From an uncultured Pseudomonadota bacterium (GTDB lineage: Bacteria > Oederibacteriota > Muellerivitia > Muellerivitales > Muellerivitaceae), in the NCBI GenBank assembly GCA_963836235.1, contig CAWIIP010000002.1, positions 1,216,001-1,280,000 on the forward strand: a stretch of 64,000 bases of DNA. The letters are read 5' to 3'. The notes below the pieces were generated by a model. That model did not search any database, was not told the DNA's origin, and saw only the letters and a list, made by a program, of their open reading frames with translations. Shown in pieces: positions 38,465-49,976 of this stretch (positions within the stretch are counted from its first letter, which is position 1; every line of letters starts with the position of its first letter). A program made the position numbers and the translations under genes.

Positions 38465-39985
38465 TTAAAAGAAAGCCGAAAGTTGAATACCGCCGAAGGG
38501 GCCGCTTAAATCCATTTCCAACGGCCTGGAACCCGCGGGGGCATCCGAACCCGCCGCTAGAAAACCTGAATTTCCATTAAGGACAGGTAAAATCAATTTG
38601 CCGTTGGAAACGGGAGTGATAGCACTTCCAGAAGAGGTTGGAATCACCTGCAATTGGGCGGTTTGTCCGCTACTGGCTCCCCCCGTGCTGTTAATCGTGG
38701 CTTGGAATGAGTTTCCGCTGGCTATTTGATAACCCGCAAAAGGTGAAATGACGAAAGTATCGCCCAAATGCCAATCCAAGCCCAATTGGACTTGGCCCCC
38801 CACGGCTGTCCCGGTAAAGTTCCCCGAAGAGGTGTAATAAGGTGTGCCTCCCAGTGTAGCCCCGGCGGAATAACCGATATTGATGGGAACGATCATCGGC
38901 CCCCCCGCGATAAAAGGCTGGAAGCTTCCGGACCCAAAGAGGTACCTCAAATTCAAACCTATGGCAAAGGCGCTGATGTTATAGGAATCAGTCACAGTGT
39001 CGCCCAAGTTATCCTGTATGGTATCGCTCGCGGTGCCCACCGGAATAACAGCCCACGGTACCCCGATTTCAAAATTCTGGCTAAGCCGGAGGACAGGCTC
39101 GGCTCCGATGCGTGGCGCGCCCGTGGGAACCGCCCCATTGTAGGATAACGAACTATCGCCTGACTGCTGCAACAACTGAGCTTCACTTTGTTGGGATTGG
39201 GCATTCGTAGTGAAATCTTTCAAGCTCAATGAAACAATCGCGGGTTCAAACCGTATGCCGAAAGCCTTAGGTTTGGAAGCCGTCTGGCTCCCACCCGTGT
39301 TCCCTGAAGCGATTTGATTTTCCACCCATTGCTGGTCCTCGGGGGAAAGGCGGCCTTTCACCTGGTCCACATAAGCCGCCACCGAGGGATTGGGGTTGAG
39401 TTTGTTCGAAAGGCCTAAGGCGACAGCCGCGTCCTTCATATCGCCGGTCTGGATTTGGGCCACACCCAAATAATAATAAGCTTTCGAATCATTGGGATTT
39501 TCCTGCACGGCCTTTTGGAACAGGGGAACCGCCTGGGCATATTGCTGCTGTTGAAAGAGGGCCACGCCCTGAGCAAAGGAACTATCCGAAGTGGCTCCGG
39601 GAACAGCTGGAGCCGCCGTGGAACCTGGAAAGGGGGGGGCGGTGGAAGCACTCGCTCCCACTTTGGCCTGCAAAGCCTGGACCATGGAGGCCAATTGGGG
39701 GCTCGGTTGTATCGCCTGCACTCTTTGGTAATCACTCAAGGCTTGTTGGTATTGGCCCAAAGCGTAATAGCTGTTGGCCTGGCCCTGCAGAGCGGCGGCG
39801 TTATTAGGATCCATACTTATCGCCGCGCCGAAATACTGGGCGGCCTGTTGGTAATTTTTGGCGTTATAAAGCTGGAGCCCGGCGTTGTAATAATCCGAAG
39901 AGGTGTAAGCTCGGGCGTTGGAGGATAAAAGAAAGCAGCTAAGGGCACTCAATATAATGAAAAAGGAAAGCCGAAAAGATTTCAT
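38465..39985 (-). CDS. TPR + C-terminal outer-membrane beta-barrel protein
   Basis: Signal peptide; two TPR clusters; amphipathic strands ending LSAFF. Confidence 0.8.
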   Translation of the reverse strand: MKSFRLSFFIILSALSCFLLSSNARAYTSSDYYNAGLQLYNAKNYQQAAQYFGAAISMDPNNAAALQGQANSYYALGQYQQALSDYQRVQAIQPSPQLASMVQALQAKVGASASTAPPFPGSTAAPAVPGATSDSSFAQGVALFQQQQYAQAVPLFQKAVQENPNDSKAYYYLGVAQIQTGDMKDAAVALGLSNKLNPNPSVAAYVDQVKGRLSPEDQQWVENQIASGNTGGSQTASKPKAFGIRFEPAIVSLSLKDFTTNAQSQQSEAQLLQQSGDSSLSYNGAVPTGAPRIGAEPVLRLSQNFEIGVPWAVIPVGTASDTIQDNLGDTVTDSYNISAFAIGLNLRYLFGSGSFQPFIAGGPMIVPINIGYSAGATLGGTPYYTSSGNFTGTAVGGQVQLGLDWHLGDTFVISPFAGYQIASGNSFQATINSTGGASSGQTAQLQVIPTSSGSAITPVSNGKLILPVLNGNSGFLAAGSDAPAGSRPLEMDLSGPFGGIQLSAFF

Positions 39986-40082
39986 AGGATATCCAAATAT
40001 AGGGTTGATGATTAGCTTGGTTAGTTTACCAAAGCCAGAATCCCAGTTGGCAAAGAAAGAATAATTTTTGCGCTTAATAGGA

Positions 40083-42962
40083 TTAACGAATCACCAAGAC
40101 TTTTAGGATTTGTGAGCCCGAAGTCAGGCCTTTAATCTCAACCCGAACATAATAGATACCGTTAGCTACGGGGCTTCCCCATGTATCCCGCAGGTTCCAG
40201 GATAAGATGCCGTTATTCCCCGTAATGGATTCGGTATGGTCAAAAACCTTCCGGAAGGCGGTGGTATAAACCGCCCATTGGGCTGTTGAACCAATGGGAA
40301 CCAGAACCGGAATTGAAAGGGTCCCCGCCCCGCTGACCGGGTTGGGATAGGGAGCTCCAACCGTAATCGTAATGATCACAGGTGTGGAGGTTTGAGTGGT
40401 TGTAGCGGTGGTGGTTAACGTTGATGTAGGGCTGTTTGTAGGTGTCAGAGTGGGTGTGCCAGTACTGGTAGAAGTGGTTGTCAGGGTGGGGGTGTTGGTG
40501 CCAGTAGACGTAGGGGTCAAGGTTGCGGTAGCCGTAGGAGTAAAGGTAGAGGTGGGCGTGAATGTGGAAGTCGAAGTCGCCGTAAAGGTGTCTGTCGAAG
40601 TAGGAGTAAAGGTTGGGGTGAAAGTAGGAGTCACGGTAAAAGTAGAAGTTGGTGTAAATGTGGGGGTAGCCGTCGGCGTAAGCGTGGCCGTGGGTGGAAG
40701 GGGCTGGGTAATTTCTAAAACAAAAGCATCGCTATAACCCCCAAACAAGCCTTGAACCGGATTGAATGTGGGAAAATCCGAAGAATAGGTGTATCCGGTC
40801 ACATAGATATCTCCCTGGCCGTCCGTGACAATTCCCTTTCCAATTTCCCCTCCACCCGAACCACCCAAATAAGTGGAAAAAACTAATCCGGTTCCACCGT
40901 AGACTAATTCCGTTACGAAAACGTTGTCGCCGGAAGCCGAGAGGGATGCTTGAATTGGGTTTTGGGTGGGAAAATTCGAAGAGGAAGCCAATCCCGTGAC
41001 ATAGGCGTCCCCTAACCCGTCCAGAGCCACCCCTTCGGCATAATCATCACCATTTCCGCCCAAGAAAGTGGAATAGATAAGCGAAGAGCCACCTGGATTA
41101 AATTCCGACACGAAGGCATTATAGTTTCCGCCGCCATAAGTGCCTTGATAGGGGTTCTGAGTGGGAAAGTCCGCGGAACTGGTATACCCCACAACATAGG
41201 CATTTCCCGAACTATCAACGGCGATGGCATCGCCACCATCACCGCCGGATCCGCTTCCCCCCAGGTAGGTGGAATATGCCCAGGCCGTTCCCCCCGCGTT
41301 CACCTTGGTCACAAAACCGTTTTGTACGCCCCCCAGCAAAACCCCTTGGAAAGGGCTTTGGGTGGGAAAATTAGTGGAAGTGGTGTTTCCAGTGACATAA
41401 GCATTTCCGGTTCCATCCACGGCTATTCCTTCACCTTGGTCGGATCCATTCCCGCCCAAGTAGGTGGAATAAACAATCGAAGCCCCCGAAGGTCTGATCT
41501 CGTACACAAAAGCATTTTCCGTCCCTGCTAACCCCGCCTGAATGGGATTAAATTTGGGAAAGTCCGGGGAATAGGTGAGACCCGTCACATAGGCGTCACC
41601 GCTGGAATCCAACGCGATGCCATTGCCCATATCATCAACTGATCCTCCCCAAAAGGTCGAATAAATGAGTCCCGAACCGGATGGATTGAGTTCGGTCACA
41701 AAAGTGTTGTACGTGTTGTAAAGTGTATAAATTCCTGACGCACCAAAAGTGGATTGAATAGCCCCGGGTGTGATTGGAAAATCGGGAGAATAGGTAAAGC
41801 CCGTCACATAGGCGTCACCGCTGGAATCGACGGCGATGGCATTGCCTTGGTCATAATAACTGCCGCCGAGGTAAGTGGAATAAAGCATGGCGGTACCCGC
41901 CGAATTGATTTCCGCCACGAACGCGTTTTGATAGGCCGTCCCTCCCGATCCCACACCCAATCCACCTTGATAAGGATTTACGGTTGGAAAATCGGCGGAT
42001 TGAGTATTACCGGTAATGTAAGCATTGCCGGTGGAGTCCAAAGCAATGCCAAAACTCTCATCTTGGTTTGTTCCTCCCCAGAAAGTGGAATAATCTAAAA
42101 CTGGATCAATGACTAAAGGCTTGGAGTGATCATAATTTTTTACCTCGAACCCCAACTTTCCGCTTTCGTCCAAACGATAATGGCCTTCCACCTGATTTTT
42201 CATTCCCTGTGATTCCTGATACACCGACGGTGTCCGAAAAAGAAGAGTCCCCTGGTCGGTATCGAGTTCCAAATCACCCTGGGCATTGACACGGGCGGCC
42301 TTGGCGCCTTCGTATTTCAAATGAATGGCTTGGGGGTCGGCTCCCGGCTTAACGACGAAGTCATATTCCAACTTTCCCTGGTTGCCGTAATAAACCAGAT
42401 CCACGCCCGGATAAATGTCCGAAGTTTGGACCTTGCCATATTGCGGAATATCCCGAAGCCACTTCGTACGATCCTTCCCGATAAAATAATTACTGACCCC
42501 GGGAAGCTTTTCCTGACTTTCAAAAACACCGCCTGACTTGGCGCCATCAAGTTTCATATGAATGACGGTTGGCGGGGTGTTTCCAAGGGCTTTTAAAGAA
42601 GCCGGTGTTCGGGAAAACCCCTTGGACCCCTTCCGGGGAAGACTTGGGCGGGGATCGGCCCCCGGCTTTTTCAAAACCAGGACAGCTTCTTGATCAGTGA
42701 CAAAAAGGGAATATCCCCCGCCCCTGGCCAGGAATTGGACATGGGGATCGCTTTGTCCCTCGTTGGGCTCAAAAGCCAATGGAAGTTGGCCATAGTTTTG
42801 CGCTAAATGGATCGGCCGGTAAGGCATGGGATGGGATGAGTTTTTATGCGAGAGAGGGGTGGTCGTCCTAGTGGGGCTGGCTCCAAACCCTGAAAACCAT
42901 ATAAAAGCGAGAGCTATTAGAAAAACGGCGTTGATCTTGAAGACGCGTTTCATAAATTCCAA
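40083..42962 (-). CDS. SBBP-repeat beta-propeller protein with Thr/Pro linker and T9SS-CTD-like end
   Basis: FEPNEGQ domain; repeats YSTYLGG...[13 protein letters not shown]; PYPNP...ANGIYYVRV...KVLVIR. Confidence 0.9.
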   Translation of the reverse strand: MEFMKRVFKINAVFLIALAFIWFSGFGASPTRTTTPLSHKNSSHPMPYRPIHLAQNYGQLPLAFEPNEGQSDPHVQFLARGGGYSLFVTDQEAVLVLKKPGADPRPSLPRKGSKGFSRTPASLKALGNTPPTVIHMKLDGAKSGGVFESQEKLPGVSNYFIGKDRTKWLRDIPQYGKVQTSDIYPGVDLVYYGNQGKLEYDFVVKPGADPQAIHLKYEGAKAARVNAQGDLELDTDQGTLLFRTPSVYQESQGMKNQVEGHYRLDESGKLGFEVKNYDHSKPLVIDPVLDYSTFWGGTNQDESFGIALDSTGNAYITGNTQSADFPTVNPYQGGLGVGSGGTAYQNAFVAEINSAGTAMLYSTYLGGSYYDQGNAIAVDSSGDAYVTGFTYSPDFPITPGAIQSTFGASGIYTLYNTYNTFVTELNPSGSGLIYSTFWGGSVDDMGNGIALDSSGDAYVTGLTYSPDFPKFNPIQAGLAGTENAFVYEIRPSGASIVYSTYLGGNGSDQGEGIAVDGTGNAYVTGNTTSTNFPTQSPFQGVLLGGVQNGFVTKVNAGGTAWAYSTYLGGSGSGGDGGDAIAVDSSGNAYVVGYTSSADFPTQNPYQGTYGGGNYNAFVSEFNPGGSSLIYSTFLGGNGDDYAEGVALDGLGDAYVTGLASSSNFPTQNPIQASLSASGDNVFVTELVYGGTGLVFSTYLGGSGGGEIGKGIVTDGQGDIYVTGYTYSSDFPTFNPVQGLFGGYSDAFVLEITQPLPPTATLTPTATPTFTPTSTFTVTPTFTPTFTPTSTDTFTATSTSTFTPTSTFTPTATATLTPTSTGTNTPTLTTTSTSTGTPTLTPTNSPTSTLTTTATTTQTSTPVIITITVGAPYPNPVSGAGTLSIPVLVPIGSTAQWAVYTTAFRKVFDHTESITGNNGILSWNLRDTWGSPVANGIYYVRVEIKGLTSGSQILKVLVIR

Positions 42963-43083
42963 TTCGATAAATAGCGGATAAACAGATGGGATGGATAGGT
43001 CCCCGTGGCAAATATTACCATAGTTTTATGGGGCTAGCGGGAACGCCCAAAGAAAAGAAGGGGCGCTTATCTTCTGGAGAACC

Positions 43084-43857
43084 TTATTTCACTAGCCTTT
43101 TAAACATAGCGCGGCGGGACACCCAGACCATGACAAAAAGCCAAACCAGCAATAACGGCACTGCCTGTCCCGCTAGGGGCAACCCCAGGGTAAGGAAACG
43201 TACAATCGCGTTCACGGAAGTCAGGGGGAAAAACCAAGCCACCTTTTGTAAAACCGTTGGAAGGTTTTCAATGGGATAAAAGACCCCACAAAAGAGAAAC
43301 ATCGGAAAAATGAGCAAGTACTGCGGATAGGAAAGCTCATCAATGGTCCGGGAATAGCCTGCCGCCGCCAGCCCTATGGCCGAAAACAGGAAGGCGCCCG
43401 CGAAACTAACCGGGAGAAGCGTTAAAAGGCACCAGGGATGGAAATTCCCGGTCGTCACCCCTATCAGGGCCACCACTTCCGCCGCCACCGTGGCCTTGGT
43501 GGCGTCCCACAATAGTTCCCCCCAAAGTACTTCCGAGAGGGTGACGGGCGTGATGGCGATGGCTTGGAAAATCTTCTGGTAATACATGCGCACGAAGGCG
43601 CCGAAGGACCCCTCGAAGAAACCCTGGAAGAGGACCGTCTGGGCGATGATGCCCGAGAAAATAAAACTGCGGTAGGACAGGTGAAGCCCCTGTGTGGTAA
43701 TGTTCCCCACCAGGGCACCTACCCCGAGGCCAAAAGAAAGCAGGTAGAAAATAGGCTCCAGGAAAGTTGTCAGCAGGTAATAGACCAGGCTTTTCAGGAA
43801 GGCGGCGTAATAACGCCTCCAGACTCGCCAGATACCCCAAAGAGAATCGGGAATCAT
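43084..43857 (-). CDS. ABC-2 permease (NodJ-like)
   Basis: LEPIFYLL, RMYYQK, PMFLFCGVFYP. Confidence 0.9.
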   Translation of the reverse strand: MIPDSLWGIWRVWRRYYAAFLKSLVYYLLTTFLEPIFYLLSFGLGVGALVGNITTQGLHLSYRSFIFSGIIAQTVLFQGFFEGSFGAFVRMYYQKIFQAIAITPVTLSEVLWGELLWDATKATVAAEVVALIGVTTGNFHPWCLLTLLPVSFAGAFLFSAIGLAAAGYSRTIDELSYPQYLLIFPMFLFCGVFYPIENLPTVLQKVAWFFPLTSVNAIVRFLTLGLPLAGQAVPLLLVWLFVMVWVSRRAMFKRLVK

Positions 43858-44675
43858 AAACCCTCCACCCCCAGACGGCTTCCAGTCAGCTTGAGATAGA
43901 CATCCTCTAGGTTGGGACGCCGCTTCCAAACGACCCCCGGCCTTACTTCTTCTTCCACTTCTTCCCTGGCAATGTGTTTGGCGATGAGCTTTTCGGGCGA
44001 GTCCACATCTAATATTTTACCCTCGGACAGGATGGCAATCCGGTCACAAAGCCGCTCGGCCTCTTCCATATAATGGGTACACAAAAGGATGGCCGTACCC
44101 TGGGCCCTCGCTTCACTCAGCGCTTCCCACAGCAGACGGCGCACATCCGGGTCCAAACCCGTGGTGGGTTCATCCAAAACCAGAACCTGTGGCTTCGAGA
44201 CCAGGGCTCGGGCCACTTGCAGGCGGCGCTTCATTCCGCCCGAAAGAGCCTCAATGTTTTCCTTTGCCTTGTCCGTAAGCCCGAATCGTTCCAAGAGTTC
44301 TTGGGCCCGCTTTTTTCCCTCGGCGGGTGGAATCCGAAAATAACTGGCATGCAGAACCAATTGGTCAAAGGCATTGAAATCGCTGTCGAGGGTTTCTTCC
44401 TGGTTGCAGACACCCAGAGATTTACGGGCTAATTTGGGCTGGGAATGGACGTTGTGCCCCGCCACCCTTACCTCGCCACTACTAGGCGGATAAAAACCGG
44501 AAATGCACTGGATGGTGGTGGACTTGCCCGCGCCGTTAGGCCCCAAGAGGCCGAAACATTCTCCCGGCGCCACCTCGAAGGAAATGCCTCGCACGGCCTC
44601 CACCTCGGCCCCGCCATAACGGGCCTTATACCTTTTGGAAAGATTCAAAACGCTTAAAGGAGAGGCGGATGTCAT
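43854..44675 (-). CDS. ABC ATP-binding protein (NodI-like)
   Basis: GPNGAGKST, LSGGMKRR, LDEPTTGLD. Confidence 0.95.
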   Translation of the reverse strand: MTSASPLSVLNLSKRYKARYGGAEVEAVRGISFEVAPGECFGLLGPNGAGKSTTIQCISGFYPPSSGEVRVAGHNVHSQPKLARKSLGVCNQEETLDSDFNAFDQLVLHASYFRIPPAEGKKRAQELLERFGLTDKAKENIEALSGGMKRRLQVARALVSKPQVLVLDEPTTGLDPDVRRLLWEALSEARAQGTAILLCTHYMEEAERLCDRIAILSEGKILDVDSPEKLIAKHIAREEVEEEVRPGVVWKRRPNLEDVYLKLTGSRLGVEGL

Positions 44676-44898
44676 GTTTATTCCTGGTTGAAGTTTGCGA
44701 CGGTTCGTTACTCTAAAGGGTAAAAAGAAGGAAATCTAGCTCACAGTAACCTCTCCTTTTTCGGGGCCCAAACCAACCTAGAAAACCATTGAAAATCCCT
44801 GTCTTAAACCCCATTCTTATTCCGCTGGCGTCTAAAAAGGCAGTCGCCCAAAGCTCAAGCCTTTTCAAAGGTCAATAAACTTCAAAACCGGATAAATC

Positions 44899-46599
44899 GT
44901 GCGCACCCTTGCTAAAAAGAAACTTCCTCCAAAAACCAAGAAACCCTGGGCGGATTTCATCGATGCTAAATCATTGGTGGCCACCATTCTGGGCGGGCTT
45001 TTGGTCTTGGTCGTGTCGTTGGTGTCCACCTATGTCATGGAAGAGAACCGGGCCAAGGCCGACCAAATCCGCCAGGCCGGTTTAGATTTACAGACGGCTG
45101 AAAGCTTGTCCCGTGAGGAGTCAACCCTGCCCGACGCTATCCGTTACTACAAAGACGCTCTCTCCAAACTTTCCAAAAAAGAGGACGTGTCCTATTACGC
45201 CGATGCCGAAACCGGTTTGGCCCTTTGTTATTTGAGCCAGGCGCAAAAGAACAAGGGTAAGGAGACAGCCTTGCAGGCCGTGGACGCCCTCAACGACGTT
45301 ATGGACCTTTTAAAAGTCGTTTATGGAAAGAACCTGAACAATCCGGATCGTGAAAAACTTTCCCGCGTGTTGAACGCCCTCGGTGATTCCCTCTCGATCC
45401 TTTCCGACATCAAGGAAACGGTGCCTGGCCTCGAGGAAAGTATTGAAAAGTACCATCAGGCTCTCCAGGCCGCCCGGGATCAAAAGGACACGGAACTTTC
45501 GGCTACCATCCTACTCAATCTGGGTACCGTTTATATGAAACTGGCGGAGGAAAAGGACCGGCTGGAAAACTTAAAAAAGGCCCTGACCGCGGACCAGGAA
45601 GCCCTCAAGTATTTCACGCCAAAAGACCATCCAAAAGAATACGTCAAACTTTGTAATAGCATCGGCAAGGCTTTCCTCAGCCTGACCGAATTTTCCCCCA
45701 CCTTAGAAAATATTCAATCATCCCTCGCGGCCTATGACTCGGCCTTAAAGGTGGCCTCCCTGGATAATGACCCCGAAAATTACGCCCTGACTCAAATGAA
45801 CAACGGAGAAACCCTTTCCTACGGGTACCAACTCCAAAATAACCCAAGAGTCCTCGCCGGCTCCCTTCTCGCCTTTCGCAATGCCTCCCTGGTCTTCAAG
45901 GAGGATACTTATCCTTATTATTACGCCACTATTCAAAACGACATCGCGAAGATCCGGAGTTATGAGTTTGAACACACCCGAAAGGGGGGTTTCCTAGATC
46001 AAGCTTTGGACGCGGAAAAGGAATCCATGAAAATATTTAAACCGGACACTTATCCCTATAACTACCTCACGATGAAATTAGTCTTCGGAAATATTTACGG
46101 ACTTTACGCGTCCATTAAAGACCCGAAAACTAATTACTCAATGGCCATTGGAAGTTATACCGACGCCCTCAACGTATGCACTCTTGAAAAATATCCCAAC
46201 GATTACGCCAAACTGACCTACGATCTTGCCGTGGTTTGCAGCCAATTAGCCCCTTTACAGGACAAGGAACAAAATGCCCAGGCCGCCATCAAGTTTAATC
46301 AAGAGGCGTTGAAAGTCTGGACCGTCGATAAATACCCGCTCGATTACGCCCATGTCCAATTAAGCCTGGGGAATGACTTTCTTCTCCTGTCGAAAACCTT
46401 GGGCGAGGAAAAGTTTAACGCCTATGCCCTGCAAGCCTATTCCGAGGCGGCGGCGGTTTATCACAAACAAAACCTTCTCACTGAATATCGGACGGTTTTA
46501 AGCCTGATAAGTCGCCTTAAAAAAGGAAATCCAGCGAGTAAAACCATTCCATCGTTTTTCACCCCTGGACCGATTTCACTTCCAGGCACCAAGTTATAA
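44899..46599 (+). CDS. Membrane-anchored TPR protein
   Basis: Single N-terminal TM; repeats of YP.DYA...LG type. Confidence 0.8.
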   Translation: MRTLAKKKLPPKTKKPWADFIDAKSLVATILGGLLVLVVSLVSTYVMEENRAKADQIRQAGLDLQTAESLSREESTLPDAIRYYKDALSKLSKKEDVSYYADAETGLALCYLSQAQKNKGKETALQAVDALNDVMDLLKVVYGKNLNNPDREKLSRVLNALGDSLSILSDIKETVPGLEESIEKYHQALQAARDQKDTELSATILLNLGTVYMKLAEEKDRLENLKKALTADQEALKYFTPKDHPKEYVKLCNSIGKAFLSLTEFSPTLENIQSSLAAYDSALKVASLDNDPENYALTQMNNGETLSYGYQLQNNPRVLAGSLLAFRNASLVFKEDTYPYYYATIQNDIAKIRSYEFEHTRKGGFLDQALDAEKESMKIFKPDTYPYNYLTMKLVFGNIYGLYASIKDPKTNYSMAIGSYTDALNVCTLEKYPNDYAKLTYDLAVVCSQLAPLQDKEQNAQAAIKFNQEALKVWTVDKYPLDYAHVQLSLGNDFLLLSKTLGEEKFNAYALQAYSEAAAVYHKQNLLTEYRTVLSLISRLKKGNPASKTIPSFFTPGPISLPGTKL

Positions 46600-46751
46600 A
46601 ACTCTGAAACCTTTCTAAAAAATTAAAAGGATTTTGAGAAACACCAAATATTCGTGTTTTAATAGGATTATCCGGGTTTTACATTATTCCGCGTAACGTT
46701 TTGGGGTCCTGACTCGTCCAAAAAATACGACCGAAACTTAAGGGGAGAAAC

Positions 46752-47975
46752 ATGAAAAATCAAAAGGCAGTTCGTTTGATCGCTTTATTTTTATTCCTGT
46801 CACCGGCGGCTTTGCTGGCCCAAACCGCCCAAGACTATCAAGACCTGGGAAACGCGGTTTATCAAAAGGGTCTCTACGCGAAATCAGTGGATTATTTCAA
46901 GCTGGCGGTGCAAACCAATCCTAATGATTGGCAGTCCTATGAGGATATGGGCAACGCCTACATGAAAATGAATGACAATTCGGATGCCCTAGCCGCCTAT
47001 CAAAAAAGCCTTCAGATCAACCCGAACAATTCCACGTTACAAACTCTGGTGGATAGTCTAAATAATTCCGGAACTCCCCCTACCCAAACTCAGGACAATC
47101 AGAGCGTAGCGCCGCCTCCTTCCAATGGAGGCCAATGGGAAGAAAGCCAGCCCACAAACGTCATCATCCAGCGACGTCGCCCCTGGAGGCGGCCACAACC
47201 TGAAGTCGTTTACAAGGATGGCTTGGCTCCCATGAACCACGCCCGAGGTTGGCTTGATGTGGATTTAAGCTATAACTGGTCTAATCAGGCTGATCTCTTC
47301 AACAGCGTGACGAGCTTTAATAATTATTTGAATCAAAACCCACCCGCTACAGGCGTTGCCACGGCGGACCATGGTGGTATCGAAGGCGGCGCGGAAGCGG
47401 GATTCCTCTTAAATCCCTATAACGGAATCGCCATCGGCATTCGGGGTATTCAATCCAACCCCTTTCAATCAAACTTAAACTTGAACAACGGTGGGGATGG
47501 AGAAGCCGTTAATATCCAACCTTATGTGGTTCCACTCACGTTGGATTATTATTTGTTCCTTCCCGATCATGACGGCCGTTTTTTCCTGACGGCAGGCGTC
47601 GGATATTATTTCGCGGTGGCTTATGTGGACGACAACTATAGCTATGCTATTTTGAATCCGGCCATTGGTTCCGACGAAATCACGGGTAATATGTACGGAG
47701 GCAATGTAGGTTTCCAACTTGGCATCGGCCGGGAATTCGAGATCGGTCCTCGTATGGGACTTCGTCTCTTTGCCCGGGGCCGCTACTGCAAGATCACCAA
47801 TCTCAACGGAAACTTCGTGGATGCCAATGGCGTTCCCGACAATTACGGTTTGGTTATGTTTGGGAATGGCACGATTGGGGCTGACAGTACCAGCCGCATT
47901 GGAGCCGGTGGTGAACATTACGCCACCTTGGACTACACGGGATTTGAATTTGGAGTGGGTCTCACTTTCTTCTGA
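46752..47975 (+). CDS. TPR + C-terminal outer-membrane beta-barrel protein
   Basis: Signal peptide; TPRs; barrel-like strands ending GVGLTFF. Confidence 0.8.
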   Translation: MKNQKAVRLIALFLFLSPAALLAQTAQDYQDLGNAVYQKGLYAKSVDYFKLAVQTNPNDWQSYEDMGNAYMKMNDNSDALAAYQKSLQINPNNSTLQTLVDSLNNSGTPPTQTQDNQSVAPPPSNGGQWEESQPTNVIIQRRRPWRRPQPEVVYKDGLAPMNHARGWLDVDLSYNWSNQADLFNSVTSFNNYLNQNPPATGVATADHGGIEGGAEAGFLLNPYNGIAIGIRGIQSNPFQSNLNLNNGGDGEAVNIQPYVVPLTLDYYLFLPDHDGRFFLTAGVGYYFAVAYVDDNYSYAILNPAIGSDEITGNMYGGNVGFQLGIGREFEIGPRMGLRLFARGRYCKITNLNGNFVDANGVPDNYGLVMFGNGTIGADSTSRIGAGGEHYATLDYTGFEFGVGLTFF

Positions 47976-48100
47976 TTCGCTTAATAACTTTCTTGTTAAA
48001 AAGGCTGAAATTTTAAGATTTCGGCCTTTTTAATTTTCGTTCAATGTAACTGGCCTCCAAAGAAAGCGTATAGCTTGTTAAGTCCGTAAAAGGAGCCGTT

Positions 48101-48697
48101 ATGATGAAACTCTTTCGAAAATCAGCCTTTTTCTTATTTGTATTAATTGGCCTCGCGTCCGCCATCCAAGCCAAAACCGAAATTGCCACCTTCGCGGGCG
48201 GATGCTTTTGGTGCATGACGCCGCCTTTTGAAAAATTGGAAGGTGTATTGAAAGTCACCGCCGGTTACGCCGATGGCCAGGGGGAAAACCCCACCTACGA
48301 CGACTATGGGGACAAAGGCTATACCGAGGGAGTACGGATTACTTACGATCCTTCCAAAATCACTTACGTCCAATTAGTGGACGTGTTTTGGAAGCAGATC
48401 AATCCCACCGATCCCGAGGGCCAGTTCGTGGACCGGGGGCCCCATTACCGGGCGGCCGTCTTTTACCACAACCTCGCCCAAAAGAAAGCCGCCGAAAAAT
48501 CCCGGGACGACCTGGATAAGTCGGGCCGTTACGACAAGCCTATCGTGGTTCCCATTAAGAAATTCACCAATTTTTATCCCGCTGAGGATTACCACCAGGA
48601 TTTCTACAAGAAAAATCCGGTGCATTATGAGCTATACCACATGAACTCCGGCCGGGACGAATATCTGGACAAGATATGGGGTAAGGGAAATCACTAA
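48101..48697 (+). CDS. msrA: Exported peptide-methionine (S)-S-oxide reductase
   Basis: GGCFWC, FYPAEDYHQDF; signal peptide. Confidence 0.95.
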   Translation: MMKLFRKSAFFLFVLIGLASAIQAKTEIATFAGGCFWCMTPPFEKLEGVLKVTAGYADGQGENPTYDDYGDKGYTEGVRITYDPSKITYVQLVDVFWKQINPTDPEGQFVDRGPHYRAAVFYHNLAQKKAAEKSRDDLDKSGRYDKPIVVPIKKFTNFYPAEDYHQDFYKKNPVHYELYHMNSGRDEYLDKIWGKGNH

Positions 48698-48708
48698 AAG
48701 TCTTTGGA

Positions 48709-49062
48709 TTAATGCGGATCCTGATAGAGGGAAGAATAAGGCATTTTTCTCGGCGCCAAAACCGAAGTGGGGCCATTTTTTGGCAAGTTGCGGATCACTT
48801 GATTTCGAATGGCGGGTGTCGGCGTCGCGTTAGCATTAGGGTAAAGTGGAATAAACTCGCTTTTCTTCGGGGTGGGGACGGGCTTCCGGACTCTTCTTAA
48901 CACACGGGATTTCGGAATCGAGGGCTTTACCGGCGTGGGAAAAATCGAAAAACCTGAATTCGGCGGTAAAGAATTTCTCAACACAGGAGCATATTGGGCG
49001 AATCCCATGCCTGTCACTTCCAACCAAACTAGGACGAATCCCCAGAGTACGAATTTATTCAT
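48709..49062 (-). CDS. Hypothetical exported Pro/Lys-rich protein
   Basis: Signal-like N-terminus ending FAQ. Confidence 0.5.
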   Translation of the reverse strand: MNKFVLWGFVLVWLEVTGMGFAQYAPVLRNSLPPNSGFSIFPTPVKPSIPKSRVLRRVRKPVPTPKKSEFIPLYPNANATPTPAIRNQVIRNLPKNGPTSVLAPRKMPYSSLYQDPH

Positions 49063-49155
49063 GGACCTAGCATAAGCTGATCCCTTGTGGTTTCCAGTTT
49101 TTTTTTATACCCTTGCTTCCGAACCGTTTGAACAAAACAAATCCGGACACCACTC

Positions 49156-49890
49156 ATGAAATCCTTTTTCCCCTTTCTTCTTTTATCCTTGTTCCTTGTT
49201 TCTGTTCCCATTTTAAATGCCCAGGAACTTTCAGGCAGGAACTCCCTCGATTCTTCAACCCTCAACGCCAAAGAAGTTTTTCACTCCAACTTGAGGGAAG
49301 CGGAACGGGGTGACGCAAAGGCCATGGGCGTCCTGGGACTGATGTATGAAAAAGGCTTGGGTTGCGAAAAAAACCTGGCGGAGGCGCTGAAATGGCTAAA
49401 AAAAGGAGCCCAAAAAGGCGACGCGGACACCGAGAATAACTTGGGGTTCATGTATTTCCAGGGGATGGGAGTGAAGGAGGAGGATGCCGAAGCCTTGAAA
49501 TGGTTCAAAAAAGCCGCCGCGCAAGGCCTTGCTTCCGCCGAGGGAAATCTGGGATTGATGTACGGAAGGGGAGCCGGGGTTCACAAAGATTACGCCCAAT
49601 CCTTGGAATGGTTCAAGAAAGCCGCCCAACTAAACGACGCTGACTCCCAGGTGAACCTGGCCCAAATGCTCTCTCTCGGGGAAGGCGGACCTCAAGACTA
49701 TATCGAATCCCATAAATGGTTTTCGCTGGCCCTCAAATACCACGCCCTGGAAAACAGCCAAGTGTCCGAATTAAGGAACGACATCGAATGGCTGGAAAAA
49801 CACATGACGGGCAAAGAAACCGAAGAGGCCAAAAAACGCGCCGAAGAATGGAAACCCGGAAGCGAATCGAAAGATGATTCGGAAAAATAA
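49156..49890 (+). CDS. Sel1-repeat protein
   Basis: Repeats LG.MY..G.GV..D...A..WFKKAA. Confidence 0.92.
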   Translation: MKSFFPFLLLSLFLVSVPILNAQELSGRNSLDSSTLNAKEVFHSNLREAERGDAKAMGVLGLMYEKGLGCEKNLAEALKWLKKGAQKGDADTENNLGFMYFQGMGVKEEDAEALKWFKKAAAQGLASAEGNLGLMYGRGAGVHKDYAQSLEWFKKAAQLNDADSQVNLAQMLSLGEGGPQDYIESHKWFSLALKYHALENSQVSELRNDIEWLEKHMTGKETEEAKKRAEEWKPGSESKDDSEK

Positions 49891-49976
49891 CTTCCTTTAA
49901 CCAAATATCTTTTCAACCGACTGTCCTTCCCTTTTGTGGAAAAACCCCTATCTTGATGTCATTGAAAGGAATTTAG

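Noticed and set aside
43084-44675. Nod-factor export / symbiosis
   Set aside because: NodIJ-like ABC-2 pairs are widespread and no nodABC genes are present
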